NCBI GenBank assembly: GCA_034530875.2
Contig: JAVRCJ020000040.1
Location: 1-58,834 of the forward strand
Source: Nostoc sp. DedSLP01
Lineage (GTDB): Bacteria > Cyanobacteriota > Cyanobacteriia > Cyanobacteriales > Nostocaceae
DNA length: 58,834 nt
Reading direction: 5' to 3'
Shown: piece after piece, positions 9,223-19,526 of the stretch
Numbering within the stretch: position 1 is the first letter of the stretch
Layout: every line of letters starts with the position of its first letter
Program-made: the position numbers and the translations under genes
The notes under the pieces: generated by a model
The model's input: the letters and a program-made list of their open reading frames with translations, nothing else
Told to the model about the DNA's origin: nothing
Databases searched by the model: none

Positions 9223-12000
9223 ATGTCAAGTTTAAGCGTTATTCGATGGAGCGTTTTAGTGCCTATCTTAGGTATTACGTTTAGTACAATGAATTGTGCG
9301 ATCGCCCAAGTTACCCCAGATAATACTTTACCTAATAACTCCAGTGTCACAAGGGAGGGTAACATTTTCAACATCACCGGGGGAATGTCAGCAGGAAGGA
9401 ATTTGTTTCATAGCTTCAGCGAGTTTTCTGTTCCCACTGGTGGTGTTGCTTCCTTTAATAATGCTATTGATATTCAAAATATTATTAGCCGAGTAACGGG
9501 TGGTTCCACTTCTAATATTGATGGGTTAATCAAGACTAACGGTACAGCTAACTTATTTTTGATAAATCCTAACGGGATTATATTTGGTAAAAATGCTGAA
9601 TTAAATATTGGTGGCTCTTTTGTTACGACTACAGCATCGGCGATGGAATTTGGTAATCAAGGTGTGTTCAGCGCCACAAATCCAGAAAGTTCTTCATCGC
9701 TGCTGAGTGTCAATCCTTCTGCCTTACTATTTAATCAAATCAAAACCGCATTTATAGAAAATAATTCAGTTGGTTTGGACGTACCAAATGGCAATAGTTT
9801 GCTGTTAGTCGGGGGTGATATCAATATGGATGGTGGAGGATTATTTGCTTTTGATGGACGAATAGAGTTGGGTGGATCTTCTGGTGGAGGAAAGGTAGGA
9901 CTTCAGTTGGAAGGCAATAATCTACATTTAAGCTTTCCTAATGATGTAGCACTTGCAGATATATTACTTACTAATAGAGCCATACTAAATGCCAGTGGAG
10001 AGGGCGGCGGCTATATCCAAGTGCAGGGCAGAGATGTTACGCTCAAAAATAATTCAGCAATTTTTGCAGATACACTACGAAGTAAAAACGGCAGAGGTAT
10101 TTTCATCAGGGCAGAGCAGTTAAATATCGAGGGTGGCTCCAGTGTGAATGCTAACACGTTTAGCTCAGGGGTAGGTGGAAATGTGAGTATTAAGACTGGG
10201 CGATTGCTTGTCCGAGAAGGAGGAAGGGTATCAAGTAGTACTTTAAGCGCTGGTGAGGGAGGGGCTTTAGAAGTAACTACCACTGAATCGGTGGAAATAA
10301 TTGGAATGTCTGTCTTGAATTCTCAAAGCTATGAAAGCGGAGATGCTGGGGATTTGACAATTCAAACTCGGCAGTTAATTGTTCGAGATGAAGGTCAAGT
10401 ATCAAGTACTACTTATGGAGCCGGAAATGCTGGGGATTTGACGATTCAAACTGAGCAGTTAATTGTTCGAGATGGAGGCCAAGTAGTAAGTGGTACTTTT
10501 GGCGAGGGTTTTGGGGGGGCTTTGACTGTCAATGCCTCGGATTCCATAGAACTGATTGGAACAGAACCAGAAGGTCGTTTTACCAGAGGTTTGATTACTC
10601 AGAGTGATGGAACTGGAGATGCCAGAGACTTGACAATTACCACTGGAAAGCTGATTGTCCGAGATGGAGCACGAGTATCATCTGCTACAACTAATCAGGG
10701 AAAAAGCGGGGATATTCAGGTTAATGCTTTTAAGTTTGTGAATCTCTCTGGGGTTGGTTCTTTTGGATTCTCTAGTGGATTATTTGCTAGTACATCGGGA
10801 GTTGGTCAGGGAGGCAACATTACGGTTGATACCAGCGCCTTCCAAGTAGCAAACGGTGCGGTTCTGAGTGCCAAAACTGTAGCTGAGGGGAATAGTGGCA
10901 ACATAACTGTGAATGCTAATACCTTTGAAGCTGTAAACGGTGGTCAAGTTCTCACTAACACTCGCAGCAGGGGACGTACAGGGAATATTATCCTCAATGC
11001 CACTAACAGCATCACCCTCTCTGGCAGTGACTCTACCTATGCTGACCGACTAAGCCAATTTGGGTCAAACTTCATTAATAACGAAGGTGCTGAAAGTGGA
11101 CTGTTTGCCAGTAACAATTCTAGAGTCTCTGTCAAGGGTGGCGATATTTTTGTCAACGCCAGAATATTGAATGTTCAAGACAGCGCTAAAATTGCGGTTA
11201 ATAACTTGGGAACAGGACGAGGGGGCAACATCCAAATTCAAGCAGGTAATCTAACTCTCAAAAATCAAGCACTGATTTCAGCAGAAACGTTCAGCAGTCA
11301 GGGTGGCAATATTGAAATAGGGCTAAAAGGCATCTTGCTGCTGCGTCAGAGTAGTCGAATTTCTACCAATGCTGGCACTGCACAGCAGCCTGGAAACGGC
11401 GGCAACATCGCCATCAATGCACCATCAGGCTTTATCGTCGCTGTCCCCAGCGAAAACAGCGATATCACCGCCAATGCTTTTACAGGCAAAGGTGGCAGGA
11501 TCGATATCAAAGTAAATGGCATTTATGGTATTCAGTTCCGTGAAAGTCCAACTTTATTCAGTGACATCACTGCTAGTTCAGAATTTGGCATACAAGGTAC
11601 TGTAGAACTGAATACACCTGATATTGACCCCAACAGTGGTTTAGTTGAATTGCCAGCCGTACCAGTTGATACAGAGGTGGCGCAGGGCTGTAGTGCTGGT
11701 AGCTCTATAGCTAAAAGCCAATTTACAATCACGGGACGTGGTGGTTTGCCTCCTAATCCTGGCGAGGCACTTAACACTGATGCAGTGCAAGTTGATTTAG
11801 TAACTCTCAATCCAAAAGTTGCTCAACGCTCTAATACAGCAATTTCCACAACTATTAACTCTGCATCTCCTATCATCGAAGCTACTGGTTGGGTAATTAG
11901 TGCCAATGGTGATGTCACTCTTATAGCATCTAATTCCACGCTTGATAATTGGCAGAGAACACCTGATTGCCATGCATTCAATCAGCAATCAGGGGGTTGA
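9223..12000 (+). CDS. Filamentous haemagglutinin N-terminal domain protein (beta-helical exoprotein)
   Basis: Signal peptide (AIA-QVTPD), NLFHSFSEFSVP, NIISRVTGG, LFLINPNGIIFG, beta-helix repeats (AGDLTIQT..LIVRDG) and C-terminal GRGGLPPNP. ATG at 9223 preferred over TTG at 9208. Confidence 0.9.
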   Translation: MSSLSVIRWSVLVPILGITFSTMNCAIAQVTPDNTLPNNSSVTREGNIFNITGGMSAGRNLFHSFSEFSVPTGGVASFNNAIDIQNIISRVTGGSTSNIDGLIKTNGTANLFLINPNGIIFGKNAELNIGGSFVTTTASAMEFGNQGVFSATNPESSSSLLSVNPSALLFNQIKTAFIENNSVGLDVPNGNSLLLVGGDINMDGGGLFAFDGRIELGGSSGGGKVGLQLEGNNLHLSFPNDVALADILLTNRAILNASGEGGGYIQVQGRDVTLKNNSAIFADTLRSKNGRGIFIRAEQLNIEGGSSVNANTFSSGVGGNVSIKTGRLLVREGGRVSSSTLSAGEGGALEVTTTESVEIIGMSVLNSQSYESGDAGDLTIQTRQLIVRDEGQVSSTTYGAGNAGDLTIQTEQLIVRDGGQVVSGTFGEGFGGALTVNASDSIELIGTEPEGRFTRGLITQSDGTGDARDLTITTGKLIVRDGARVSSATTNQGKSGDIQVNAFKFVNLSGVGSFGFSSGLFASTSGVGQGGNITVDTSAFQVANGAVLSAKTVAEGNSGNITVNANTFEAVNGGQVLTNTRSRGRTGNIILNATNSITLSGSDSTYADRLSQFGSNFINNEGAESGLFASNNSRVSVKGGDIFVNARILNVQDSAKIAVNNLGTGRGGNIQIQAGNLTLKNQALISAETFSSQGGNIEIGLKGILLLRQSSRISTNAGTAQQPGNGGNIAINAPSGFIVAVPSENSDITANAFTGKGGRIDIKVNGIYGIQFRESPTLFSDITASSEFGIQGTVELNTPDIDPNSGLVELPAVPVDTEVAQGCSAGSSIAKSQFTITGRGGLPPNPGEALNTDAVQVDLVTLNPKVAQRSNTAISTTINSASPIIEATGWVISANGDVTLIASNSTLDNWQRTPDCHAFNQQSGG

Positions 12001-12040
12001 TAAACATAAAAGATTGTATCGAAACAAGAGAGCATTTTCG

Positions 12041-12790
12041 TTATTCTAAAATGCAGCACTCTAATTTTGGTTTAGTGACAAAATTATTTAAACCAACAGT
12101 TTGTAATAGTATCTCCCAAGAAGGATCTTGCGGATTATGACGACGCAGTTGCTCAGCTTCACTCAACGCGTCATGCCAAATACCATTGGCAGCATAAAGA
12201 GTTACGCGCTGGCTTGGTGTTGCTTTTTCTAGCTTAGTTTTAAGAGTTAAATTCAATTGTTCTCGTTTGATGTAACCTTCTACATTCGCAATAATTTGAC
12301 GATCGCTTTTACAGTAAATATTAAAATACCAACGATATTGTTTGCCTACTTCCAAAGGTTTTGCGCTTGATGGTAAAGCAAAACTAATCACTCCTGGTGT
12401 GCTTGGCAAAGAAGCTTTGTAAATAGACTGATTTTGTGCCTCATCTTCTAGGACAAACTCTCCATCAGCAAAAGAAGACAAATAAGGAACGTAGAACCAA
12501 AAGCGAGGATGTTCTGTGCTTGCAGTTGCAAATACCACATCTGACTTTGAATAAATAGGCACTAAAGCTGTTAGCTGCTCCAAAGTGCGAGAAACTAAAG
12601 GCTGATTAATATCTTGTTCGCAACCACGACTACCTGCTTCTGCTCGCTTACCCGGTTCACCAATGTCTTTCGGTGGGGATGGTGTATTGAATATTAACGA
12701 GCGGTTTATTTGTGCTTGTACTTGTGTATAGCTAAAAAATATTAAATTAATAATTAGAAAAAGTTGAATTTTATCTAAAGAAGATTTCAT
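12041..12790 (-). CDS. DUF928 domain protein (exported)
   Basis: Signal peptide, GSRGC, LTALVP, P.FWFYVPY, YRWYF.IYC, YAANGIWHDAL, W..LL..VGL. Confidence 0.85.
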   Translation of the reverse strand: MKSSLDKIQLFLIINLIFFSYTQVQAQINRSLIFNTPSPPKDIGEPGKRAEAGSRGCEQDINQPLVSRTLEQLTALVPIYSKSDVVFATASTEHPRFWFYVPYLSSFADGEFVLEDEAQNQSIYKASLPSTPGVISFALPSSAKPLEVGKQYRWYFNIYCKSDRQIIANVEGYIKREQLNLTLKTKLEKATPSQRVTLYAANGIWHDALSEAEQLRRHNPQDPSWEILLQTVGLNNFVTKPKLECCILE

Positions 12791-12802
12791 AATTTTTATT
12801 CC

Positions 12803-15121
12803 TCAACTTATAGCAATTAATTGTCGTTGATTTTTTGGGGAATTGAAATAAATTGCGCTACTTCCCGCAGTGACTACTAAAACCAATAGTGACGGAACAA
12901 GAGGAACCCAAACGCCAGAGCAAAAGAAAATTAAACTAAGGAAATATAAAATGCTAATAGCACCGCTACTCAGTAGTAATATACGTATTCCCGAGCGATC
13001 GCACACTGCAACTACACCACCAATCAAAGCCCAACTCCAAATCCATAACACTTCACCCCAAACAGGCCAAATAACTAATATAGACCGTCCATCTTTCACC
13101 GCACTCACAAGTTGGCTTATCATCTGTGCTTGCAAAATTACTCCAGGCATTTCTAGGTGAGAACCATCCTCCTCTAGATAAGGAGTAGAAATATAGTCGC
13201 GGAAGCTTTGAGCAGTAGTTCCAATCAGGACGATTTTATCTTTGACTTGAGCAGGATTGACTTTCCCTCGCAGTACATCTGTCAATGTGACTATAGGAGC
13301 AATTTTTAAAGGAGAACCCCCATAAGAACGGTAATTGAGTAGTATTTGATAGCCTCCTGTATCGGCTTGTTGATATCCACCTTGACGCGATTGCACTCGT
13401 TGAAAAACATTGTTACCAATCTTTAAATCCCCAGATTTTGTATACTGGGCAGAGATTCCTTCTTGCTGTAGATAGTGAAATGCTAGTTGGGCATTTAGGG
13501 CATAACGTGCAGTGCAAGAAGATGTAGGTTCTGCTGGTTGCATTGCTAGTAGATGGCGACGCATAACCCCATCTGCATCTAAGACAATATCACTAAACCC
13601 TTGACGTTCTTGTGGTATCCCTAAAGGTGCTGAAATTCCAGGCCGCTCTTTTGTGGGTTCTTTAACTTTGCAAATCGCCAACAAATTGCGCTCGGCAAAA
13701 GTTGCTGGATTAAGTTTAGATGGCTGATCGCGATAGATGTCTAAACCAATAGTTCGTGGTTTTAATTGTGCAAGTTTCTCTAAGAGTCGAGCTAGTGCTA
13801 CATCAGATAATGAACCGCTTCTGAGCTTTTGTTCTGGTAGTTGAAAATCTTCTTCGGTGACAGTAACTATCAATAACCGCGAATCTTGCTTTTCTTGGGG
13901 ACGCGATCGCACCAATTGATCGTAAGCTTGCAATTCCCATGTCTGCAAACCACCCTGGTATCTTAATCCTAATACACCCAAGGTAATCAACAAGCTCAAA
14001 ATCAGTAAATTCCTGAAGTGATAAATATTAAAAAATCTCTTAGGCTTGTTCCAATTCATCGGCACTATGCCAGGATGTTCGCAAATAACTGGCAACCAAG
14101 TAGCTCCTGGATATTCTTTTTCTAGTCCGGCAAGCCTTTCTCTAGCAGTGCGAACCGCAGCGTATATAGACTGTCCTGAAGAAAAAGCTTCTAGAAAATG
14201 TTTCAAAAATTTCTGAGCGACTAAATCTGGTACTGGTTCCCGCATGACAATCACTTGCGGAATCTGCAAATCTTGTAACTCTCTGGCTAAACCCAATCCA
14301 TCACAAGAGTTAAAAATTGCTAACTGTAACCCTTGGGCAACAGCTTGTTTTAAAGCATACTTGAGGTCGGTAATTGTAATACTATTTGTGGCATTAATAT
14401 AGATGCGACCAGTGTCACCTTCAGTTTTACTATGACCGGCGAAAAATAAAATATTCCAGGGTTGTTTCCACAACTCGTCATTAAGGTCTAAAAGCTGAGG
14501 TTCTACTAAAAAAGTTGTAGCAGCACCAGGTAATTTTTTTAGTAATTGACGGTCTTGCTCAACATCAATACCTTGACTATCGCCCAAAATCGCTAAAATA
14601 TTAATTTTCTTTTGACGAGAGAATGATTGTGAGCTAGATATTATTTGCTCTGATTCTGGAACGCTCAAAGCAACTTCAGCTTTTGGATAATCCCTGTCTA
14701 CTAAATCCCATAAATGCCAAGGAAGTTTATTCAGTTGTAAACAGGCAGTGCGGATTAATATTCTGACTTCATCCTCTGGCATTAAGTGCTTGAGCCATTT
14801 TTCCCGCACGGGACGAAATGATTCACAAAGCAGCCATTGATTTAGTTGCGATCGCAACTGGTAAGTTAAGTTGTAGCAATCCTCGCGTCGTTGTGAAATG
14901 GAACCATCATAAACAATTTTTTTGGCTTTGATGCGAGTAAATTTCCACAGACTACTATAGGTTGATTGCCACTGGTCAATTGCTTTTGCTATGTCTGGAT
15001 TTGGCGGTAAATGTCCTGAGATTTCTGTACTTGGACGAAAGCCTTCTTCCCCAATCTCTAACGTTACCCGCACTCCGACATTTAAATTACCATCTAGCCT
15101 TAGTACAACTAACTTTCTCAT
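12803..15121 (-). CDS. CHAT (caspase-like) domain - TM - CHASE2 sensor - 3 TM protein
   Basis: CHAT His/Cys motifs ILFFAGHS and AIFNSCDG, plus LPWHLWD. CHASE2 motifs DSRLLIV, IGLDIYRD, GFSDIVLDADG, KIVLIG and MPGV. Three C-terminal TM helices. Confidence 0.9.
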   Translation of the reverse strand: MRKLVVLRLDGNLNVGVRVTLEIGEEGFRPSTEISGHLPPNPDIAKAIDQWQSTYSSLWKFTRIKAKKIVYDGSISQRREDCYNLTYQLRSQLNQWLLCESFRPVREKWLKHLMPEDEVRILIRTACLQLNKLPWHLWDLVDRDYPKAEVALSVPESEQIISSSQSFSRQKKINILAILGDSQGIDVEQDRQLLKKLPGAATTFLVEPQLLDLNDELWKQPWNILFFAGHSKTEGDTGRIYINATNSITITDLKYALKQAVAQGLQLAIFNSCDGLGLARELQDLQIPQVIVMREPVPDLVAQKFLKHFLEAFSSGQSIYAAVRTARERLAGLEKEYPGATWLPVICEHPGIVPMNWNKPKRFFNIYHFRNLLILSLLITLGVLGLRYQGGLQTWELQAYDQLVRSRPQEKQDSRLLIVTVTEEDFQLPEQKLRSGSLSDVALARLLEKLAQLKPRTIGLDIYRDQPSKLNPATFAERNLLAICKVKEPTKERPGISAPLGIPQERQGFSDIVLDADGVMRRHLLAMQPAEPTSSCTARYALNAQLAFHYLQQEGISAQYTKSGDLKIGNNVFQRVQSRQGGYQQADTGGYQILLNYRSYGGSPLKIAPIVTLTDVLRGKVNPAQVKDKIVLIGTTAQSFRDYISTPYLEEDGSHLEMPGVILQAQMISQLVSAVKDGRSILVIWPVWGEVLWIWSWALIGGVVAVCDRSGIRILLLSSGAISILYFLSLIFFCSGVWVPLVPSLLVLVVTAGSSAIYFNSPKNQRQLIAIS

Positions 15122-15142
15122 GGCAGAACCTTTGTATCCGCG

Positions 15143-16102
15143 TTAGATGGCAAAATTTTCTATAGCACTAGTATCTTCCAAGACTAGTTTAACGCTGAAA
15201 TGTTCTCCTGTTTCGCCGCTAAATTGTAATTGAATATTCTTATTAGTATTTCTTGTTTGGGCTTCCATAACGCAAGCTCCTTCAAAGTCGAGTATCTTTA
15301 GTTGTAAATTAGCAGGTAAATAAAGTTCTTTTTGTGTGGGATGTATTTCTACTATAATGTCAACTTCTTGTTCGGATTCTGGAGTCAAAGTCACAACTAA
15401 AACTACTTGGCGATCGGTGTTTCGTTGCCCCAATTCAACTATTTTCCCTCTACTTATAAAAGTGCTTCTAGTATTTCTGAGACTGCTATCTGCATAAATA
15501 GCTTGGCTACCTAAAAGATATTCAATTTCTTGCCAACCAGTATCAACAATATTTTCAACCCACCGCCGCAAGTTTACCAGTCTATTATTTATTGGTGATT
15601 GAATAGCTGATTTTGCCATATTCAATCCATTTAAATATTCTAAATAGCTTAGTAAATTTTCTAAGGAGTTTAATTGACTGATTGCTAATGAATTAGTTAA
15701 TATTTCTTTAACAAATCCTAGCAGCTTTGCTTCTCGCAATGATTTATTGATTTGCACGACTACATAGCCAATTCGGTTAGTTAATGCTTCGGGTGGCACA
15801 TAGACAAACTCTTCCCCTTCTAACACCGGACGGCATTCCAAAGAACCTAAGTTTTTTAATGATAGATCCGCTACATCCATAAGTAACTGCTGTACGGGAT
15901 TCCAAGAGTCACTTGCTTGTAAGTCTGTCTCAAATCCCATGTATTGTAAATATAAATTTACAAAGCCTACAGCTAAAATATTTAAACAAACTTGTTCACC
16001 TTTTTGTGGTGTAGCTTGTTGACTAGCTATTTTTTGGGCTAACTGCCTGGCACTGGCAGGTATAATGCCTGAATAAGTTAAAAAAGCTGTTTGGTTACTC
16101 AT
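15143..16102 (-). CDS. DUF1822 family protein
   Basis: LAV..V..YL, DSWNP, LECRPV, RIGYVVVQI, A.LLGF, VNLRRW...GWQ, LPANLQL, F.GE.GE.FSV motifs. Confidence 0.85.
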   Translation of the reverse strand: MSNQTAFLTYSGIIPASARQLAQKIASQQATPQKGEQVCLNILAVGFVNLYLQYMGFETDLQASDSWNPVQQLLMDVADLSLKNLGSLECRPVLEGEEFVYVPPEALTNRIGYVVVQINKSLREAKLLGFVKEILTNSLAISQLNSLENLLSYLEYLNGLNMAKSAIQSPINNRLVNLRRWVENIVDTGWQEIEYLLGSQAIYADSSLRNTRSTFISRGKIVELGQRNTDRQVVLVVTLTPESEQEVDIIVEIHPTQKELYLPANLQLKILDFEGACVMEAQTRNTNKNIQLQFSGETGEHFSVKLVLEDTSAIENFAI

Positions 16103-16134
16103 ATTTTTCCCGATCCGATGAAATGGAAGAAAAT

Positions 16135-16770
16135 CTATACATATTCTTTTAATTTAGGGGCAAATTTTTTAACACATCTTTGAAAGAAAGTATTTAATGT
16201 TGTAATTCCAATCCCCCATTCTTCCGAGATATCTTTCCAGGAAACTCCAGAGTACCTTCTTTTCGCTATTGATTGAAAATTTACTTCTGGATGATTCTTG
16301 ATATGTTCTTTGAAAAAAATGCCTTCAGGATCGTCCTCAATACATTGAATAATTTGTTCAAATATGGATATAGATTCAGAGAATGAAAGATTTTCTATAT
16401 GACTCTTTTCTAAAGATATTTCATTTTTTTTACCAATAATTTTAGGTATAGCTTCTGGGAAAAAACGTTTGGTTAGTAATGTATTCACCCAGGTGAGAAA
16501 TTCTCCACGTTCTGGATCGTATTTACTAATATTGTCATCTTCACAAAGGTAAAAGAATAAATTTTGTACTGCTTCTTCATAAATATCCTCATAATTCATT
16601 AAAAATTGACCGCTATAGGGGCGACAAAGTTTACCTGATAGCCAAATTTTACTAATTAATTGTGTTAAAGCCATACGCCGCTCTTTGCTTAATTTTGAGT
16701 GTTGTTGAGCAAAAAGTGCTAATTCTTTTAGTTGTTCATCCAGCTGTTTTCTCGACGAATCGTTACTCAT
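16135..16770 (-). CDS. Sigma-70-like RNA polymerase sigma factor / HTH regulator
   Basis: Region-2-like YEEAVQNLFFYL..ISKYDPERGEFLTWVN. C-terminal HTH VSWKDISEEWGIGITTLNTFFQRC. Confidence 0.8.
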   Translation of the reverse strand: MSNDSSRKQLDEQLKELALFAQQHSKLSKERRMALTQLISKIWLSGKLCRPYSGQFLMNYEDIYEEAVQNLFFYLCEDDNISKYDPERGEFLTWVNTLLTKRFFPEAIPKIIGKKNEISLEKSHIENLSFSESISIFEQIIQCIEDDPEGIFFKEHIKNHPEVNFQSIAKRRYSGVSWKDISEEWGIGITTLNTFFQRCVKKFAPKLKEYV

Positions 16771-16945
16771 AAGCGGCCTCGAATACTATCGCACCTAGTA
16801 GCGAATCTCTATTTCTCTCTGCTAAAAGGCGCAATTTTTACACAAACAATTGTCAAATGTTATAAAAATACACATTTTGATATTGTTACCTCGCCTCCTT
16901 AAACCCAATCTTAACAACTAACCTTTGTGCCTAAACTCTCCAAGA

Positions 16946-19516
16946 TTACAGCCAATTCCCCAACAGAACGTAAGGTGCCCAAAATTGAGGGCGTTTATAC
17001 TTTGGATTCTGTAAAAGAGCTAATTGAGCGCGCCGGAGAGCTTCAGCCTTTGTTATTTTTTTATTTGCCAGTTCTTGGTAAAATTTACTCATTAACACCG
17101 CAGTAGATTCATCATCCAAATTCCACAGAGAAGCAATTGTACTGCGCGCTCCCGCTTGAAAAGCAACACCAGCAATTCCTAGTGCGGCCCGGGCATCTCC
17201 AGTAGCAGTTTGGCAAGCACTTAAAACAAGTAATTCAATTGCTTCTGGTTTATTTTGCTCTACAGTCCGGACTAAATTATTCAACTGTTTGACGTAAATG
17301 CGACCGTCCCAAGCTAGAATAAATGTTTCTTCAGCTTTAGAACTAAATTGACCATGAGTTGCAAGATGTACTACCGGGAAAGGTAGAGAATTAATGCTCT
17401 GTTGTAAAGACTTGCTAGTAAATTCTTGATTGAGAAGAATGCTGCTAGGTAATTCAGAACCAATTTCCTCTAATTCTTGTTTTACTTTTGGTAATGCAGA
17501 AAATCCTGGACGTGCTTCACTCAATCCAGCTGCTATAATTTTTAACTCTTTTTGTAATGGTTTCGGTTCAATTAGATTCTGCCCAGGGGTCAGAGCAATT
17601 GCATACTTTTCGATTAGATACTGTTGACCGTCATAGAGAACCGCCATTGGAATATTTCGCAACCAACTATCTAAAACAAACACCAAATTAGGAATCTTAT
17701 TATCAACTAAGGCAACCTCAGCAGGTTGAATCAACCAGTTATATATTTTTTGGGATAGAGATTGAACCTGTCGCAATGTGTGGGGCTTACGTAAATCTTC
17801 TTGCAGTTGTTTTAAGGTAGTTTGGACTTCTTGTTCATCGACAGCCGTACTGTAGTGCAGCCAACGATTTTGCGGCAGATTTACTATTACTTCTACTCGG
17901 TCTGGCAAAATAAATGGATAGAGAACTGCTGCTGTTTGATTTGTTTTTTTAGTTAGAATTCGAGCATTTAAACATGTATTGCGGAAAAAGTTTTCCAGTT
18001 CGGCGATTTGCAGCAACTCTATTGTTTCGCTTGCTTTTTCGAGATTTTTGGGATTGGTTTGAGAATTTCCTTGGGGTTGCAACAGCAACTGTACTAGCTC
18101 TCGGTATACAGGTTCGACTTCTTCTCGAAAGGAAAACCTGACTTGAGAATTAACTTTAACTAAGTCGTATCGTAAAGCTTGGAGGTAGTTAACAGCTTCA
18201 GTATATGCGGCGATCGCTTCATTTATTTCTCCTCTCAGCTTCAGCAAACGCCCTAATTGCCATTGCCACCGATAAGCAATATCTTTAGCATCAATAGCTT
18301 GAGCCATCAACAAGGCTTGCTGAGTCAGGTTTTGAGCATCACTCCACTGCTGAGTTTGTTCGTACACCCCACCCAGAACACCAACAGCATAGGATTCGGT
18401 ACGTTTATCTTCCAGGCTTCTAGCTTGTTCAATAGCAACTGATAATAATTGAGCAATATCCAACCATGACACAGTGTCGGTGGTGAATTTCTTTTTAAAT
18501 TGCGTTAGAGTTTGAGCAAAGTTGATGCGCGCAAAGATGGCTGTGCGACTAGCTGGTAAGGTACTAAGTTGAGCTTGGATTTGAGATGACAACGCCGTTA
18601 AAGCAGGAAATTGCTCGGTTTCTAGTAACAGCCTCAATTGATTAACTTGAGCTTGGATGCGTGTAGTAGGCGAAGCGGCCGCATTAGCAGCTTGTTGGTA
18701 AAATTTGATAGCCGTTGGCACATCTTGTTCGGCACGGGCTGTATTGCCTAAACTAAGTAAAATATCAGCTACTGCTTGCTTGTCCTGTAACGATGAAGCT
18801 ACTTCTAAACTGTGCTGTAATATTTTTCGAGAAGTTGCTAAATCTCCAGTAACTTGTACGACATTGCCCAGACTACGTAACCCAGTGACTTTTAAAGGTG
18901 AGTTAGGCTGCTGTTGCAGAATTTGGATACTTTGTTCTAATGTCTTTTGGGCTTGACGATAATAACCTAGTGTTTGTAAAGCTTGAGCCTGGTTGATTTG
19001 ATTACGAATAGTTGCATTAGTGTCATCAATTTTTTGATAAATACTAGCTGCTTGTTGCCAGATATTTAGAGCATCTTCAGGTTTGCTTTGAGCTAATAGT
19101 AAACGCCCTTTAATATCTAATATCTGAGCTAAGACTTGAGGGTTAGGTTGTATAGTTTTTAATAAATTCAGACTTTGAGATATGGCCTCTTGTGCCGCAT
19201 TCCACTGTCCCAATTGCTGATAAGCTAATGATAAATTGCCCAAAGTCATAGCTTTTGTTAATTCATCCCCCGAAGTCAACGCAGAGATAGCTTGTTGCCA
19301 AGAAGTCACTGCTTGGGCAAAGCGTTCAGCTTCATAATATTTTCTGCCTTGCTCCACTAAATTTTGGGCACTGGGTAAGCTGTGAACGATAGAATTTTTT
19401 GCTGTTGTATGGGCAAAGGTGGGCGGAAATAACCCCGTACCCAACAATATAACCAAAAACAGCAGAACACTGAAGACACGTTTAATTTTACGGAATCTAA
19501 ATTTTTTCTTAACCAT
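16946..19516 (-). CDS. TPR-CHAT domain protease (caspase/HetF-like family) with N-terminal signal/TM segment
   Basis: TPR repeats; CHAT dyad VHLATHGQF and LLVLSACQTA; ASLWNLDD; WAPYVLLGNWL. ATG at 19516 chosen because it lies just after the upstream FHA stop. Confidence 0.92.
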   Translation of the reverse strand: MVKKKFRFRKIKRVFSVLLFLVILLGTGLFPPTFAHTTAKNSIVHSLPSAQNLVEQGRKYYEAERFAQAVTSWQQAISALTSGDELTKAMTLGNLSLAYQQLGQWNAAQEAISQSLNLLKTIQPNPQVLAQILDIKGRLLLAQSKPEDALNIWQQAASIYQKIDDTNATIRNQINQAQALQTLGYYRQAQKTLEQSIQILQQQPNSPLKVTGLRSLGNVVQVTGDLATSRKILQHSLEVASSLQDKQAVADILLSLGNTARAEQDVPTAIKFYQQAANAAASPTTRIQAQVNQLRLLLETEQFPALTALSSQIQAQLSTLPASRTAIFARINFAQTLTQFKKKFTTDTVSWLDIAQLLSVAIEQARSLEDKRTESYAVGVLGGVYEQTQQWSDAQNLTQQALLMAQAIDAKDIAYRWQWQLGRLLKLRGEINEAIAAYTEAVNYLQALRYDLVKVNSQVRFSFREEVEPVYRELVQLLLQPQGNSQTNPKNLEKASETIELLQIAELENFFRNTCLNARILTKKTNQTAAVLYPFILPDRVEVIVNLPQNRWLHYSTAVDEQEVQTTLKQLQEDLRKPHTLRQVQSLSQKIYNWLIQPAEVALVDNKIPNLVFVLDSWLRNIPMAVLYDGQQYLIEKYAIALTPGQNLIEPKPLQKELKIIAAGLSEARPGFSALPKVKQELEEIGSELPSSILLNQEFTSKSLQQSINSLPFPVVHLATHGQFSSKAEETFILAWDGRIYVKQLNNLVRTVEQNKPEAIELLVLSACQTATGDARAALGIAGVAFQAGARSTIASLWNLDDESTAVLMSKFYQELANKKITKAEALRRAQLALLQNPKYKRPQFWAPYVLLGNWL

Positions 19517-19526
19517 CTGCTTGCCC

